A stretch of DNA of 32,000 nt from NCBI GenBank assembly GCA_030649345.1, contig JAUSKK010000029.1, positions 1-32,000 on the forward strand, given 5' to 3'. Under the pieces are notes generated by a model. It saw only the letters and a list, made by a program, of their open reading frames with translations, had not been told where the DNA came from and ran no database searches. This DNA is from Candidatus Iainarchaeum sp. (lineage in GTDB: Archaea; Iainarchaeota; Iainarchaeia; Iainarchaeales; 0-14-0-20-34-12). Shown here in pieces: positions 30,292 to 32,000 of this stretch. The translations under genes and the position numbers were made by a program. How positions within the stretch are numbered: the stretch's first letter is position 1; each line of letters opens with the position of its first letter.

Positions 30292-32000
30292 ATGAGTAAA
30301 GAAGGATTACGAGAAAAAGCTAAAGTCTACATTAATGGAAGACTAATTGGATTCCATGACAAACCATTACAGTTAACCAAAGACATTATTGGATCTAGAA
30401 GAATCAGCCAAATTGATTCACAAATTAATGTAGCCTATGATGAAAAAACAAACGAAGTTTACATTAATTCTGATTCAGGCCGAGTACAAAGACCAGTCAT
30501 TGTAGTTGAAAATGGAAAATCTAAATTAACCGAAGAAATTGTCAAAAAATTACAAAAACAAGAACTCAACTGGAATGACTTAGTGGAAAAAGGAATTATT
30601 GAATACTTGGATGCAGAAGAAGAAGAAAATGCATACGTGGCCATTGATGATGAAAGCATTACAGCAGAACATACCCATTTAGAAATTAATCCAATTGGAA
30701 TTGAAAGTATTATTACCAGCATGATTCCTTACTTAGAACACAACATGGCTGGAAAAGCATTGCATGGAGCCAAAATGTTCAAACAAGCTGCCGGCATTAG
30801 CTACGTGAATCCAAAATACAGAATGGACACAGAAGGATACTTACTTTATTATCCTCAAAAAGCTTTGGTTAAAAGCAAGACCATGGACTTGTTAAAAATG
30901 GATGTACGCCCGCAAAGTCAAAATTTTGTGGTAGCCATTATGCCTTTTTATGGATGGAATGCATTTGATGCAGTAGTCTTGAACCGAGGGGCTGTAGAAC
31001 GCGGATTGGGAAGAATGGCTTATTATAGAACTTATGATGCAGTACAAAAAAGATATCCAGGCGGACAAAAAGACAAATTTGAAATTCCAACCGAAGAAAC
31101 TGTAGGATACTTAGGAGCAGAATATTACAAATCTTTAGGCGAAGACGGTTTAGCTGAAGTAGAAGCTAAAGTAGATGGAAAAACTGCAGTTATTGGAAAA
31201 ACCAGTCCTCCGCGATTTTTAGAAGAAGTCTCTGAATTTGGAGTAGTAAAAGAAAAACGAAGAGAAGCTAGTGAAACTGTACGAAAACAAAAATCAGGAC
31301 ATGTAGATGAAGTCATTATCACCGAAGATTTAGATGGAAGTATTTTGGCTAAAATTAAAGTTCGAAGCGACATGATTCCAGAAGTAGGAGACAAATTCAG
31401 TTCACGACACGGACAAAAAGGAGTTGTGGGAGCCGTCATTCCAGAAGAAGACATGCCATTTACTCAAGATGGAATTAAACCAGACTTAATGTTAAACCCG
31501 CACTCAATTCCAAGCCGTATGACAGTAGGACACTTATTGGAAATGTTGGCCGGAAAAGCCAGCAGTATGCAAGGAGAACAAATTGATGGAACACCCTTCA
31601 ATAATGTTCCTTTAAGTGAATTGAAAAAAATGTTAAAAGAACATGGTTTACGCGAAGATGGAAAAGAAATTTTCTACGATGGAATTACTGGAGAACGAAT
31701 TGAAGGAGAAATTTTCACAGGAGTTGTTGCTTACAGAAGATTGTATCACATGGTAGCTCACAAAATGCAAGCTAGAAGCCGAGGACCAGTACAAATTTTA
31801 ACACGACAGCCAACCGAAGGAAAAGAAAAAGAAGGTGGCCTAAGATTTGGTGAAATGGAAGCCGAAACTTTAGTTGGACACGGAAGCAGTATGTTATTGC
31901 ATGAAAAAATGATTGAAGACTCAGACAAAGTTACTGAATTGGTTTGTGAAAAATGCGGAATCATTGCAGTCAACGACAAAATCAGAAACAGAAAATACTG
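30292..32000 (+). CDS. rpoB1: DNA-directed RNA polymerase subunit B' (C-terminal half of split Rpo2), 3'-truncated by the window edge
   Basis: Not in the ORF track because it has no stop in the window. I translated it by hand from ATG 30292 (MSKEGLREKAKVYINGRLIGFHD...) to the end without a stop. The conserved blocks are LLYYPQKAL, GDKFSSRHGQKGVVG, LNPHSIPSRMTVGHLLE, YRRLYHMVAHKMQARSRGP, GGLRFGEMEAETL and the Zn-ribbon start CEKCG. Confidence 0.92.
   Translation, partial: MSKEGLREKAKVYINGRLIGFHDKPLQLTKDIIGSRRISQIDSQINVAYDEKTNEVYINSDSGRVQRPVIVVENGKSKLTEEIVKKLQKQELNWNDLVEKGIIEYLDAEEEENAYVAIDDESITAEHTHLEINPIGIESIITSMIPYLEHNMAGKALHGAKMFKQAAGISYVNPKYRMDTEGYLLYYPQKALVKSKTMDLLKMDVRPQSQNFVVAIMPFYGWNAFDAVVLNRGAVERGLGRMAYYRTYDAVQKRYPGGQKDKFEIPTEETVGYLGAEYYKSLGEDGLAEVEAKVDGKTAVIGKTSPPRFLEEVSEFGVVKEKRREASETVRKQKSGHVDEVIITEDLDGSILAKIKVRSDMIPEVGDKFSSRHGQKGVVGAVIPEEDMPFTQDGIKPDLMLNPHSIPSRMTVGHLLEMLAGKASSMQGEQIDGTPFNNVPLSELKKMLKEHGLREDGKEIFYDGITGERIEGEIFTGVVAYRRLYHMVAHKMQARSRGPVQILTRQPTEGKEKEGGLRFGEMEAETLVGHGSSMLLHEKMIEDSDKVTELVCEKCGIIAVNDKIRNRKY

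Overview
AT-rich archaeal chromosome segment. The archaeal signatures are an rpoH / split rpoB'' / rpoB' operon at the right end, an intron-containing tRNA, a C/D-box sRNA, a geranylgeranyl reductase, and TATA-like boxes about 25-30 nt upstream of genes. Tight gene packing, diverged core enzymes and giant cysteine-rich surface proteins suggest a small-genome DPANN-type archaeon; this is inference, not a database result. From left to right the window holds: (i) an extracytoplasmic redox pair next to an MsrQ-like membrane protein; (ii) an ion/metal block (CorA, cation:H+ antiporter, ZIP transporter, NikR-like repressor with an N16-spaced perfect inverted repeat); (iii) RNA-modification genes (m5C methyltransferase, three other SAM methyltransferases, stand-alone ThiI PP-loop domain), a C/D-box sRNA and tRNA-Asp with a 78-nt intron; (iv) the most striking region at 11.7-22.4 kb, a co-directional, almost gap-free locus with three giant secreted proteins (1216, ~962 and 1029 aa) plus a 98-aa single-pass membrane protein. 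These proteins are built from cysteine repeats, BNR/Asp-box propellers and PKD-like repeats, and share a 19-aa CGN-x2-C-x2-GE-x4-C-x2-DC module; (v) a fourth secreted Pro/Gln/Gly-rich coiled-coil protein with CxxxEEC motifs plus a small acidic lipoprotein; (vi) MscS, a palindrome-rich 300-bp spacer, and the RNAP operon. In that operon the last 36 nt of rpoB'' are duplicated, with identical peptide and only synonymous differences, around a 55-nt GC-rich two-hairpin element. I saw no CRISPR array, transposase, integrase or rRNA. All family assignments come from motif recognition by eye; no searches were run.
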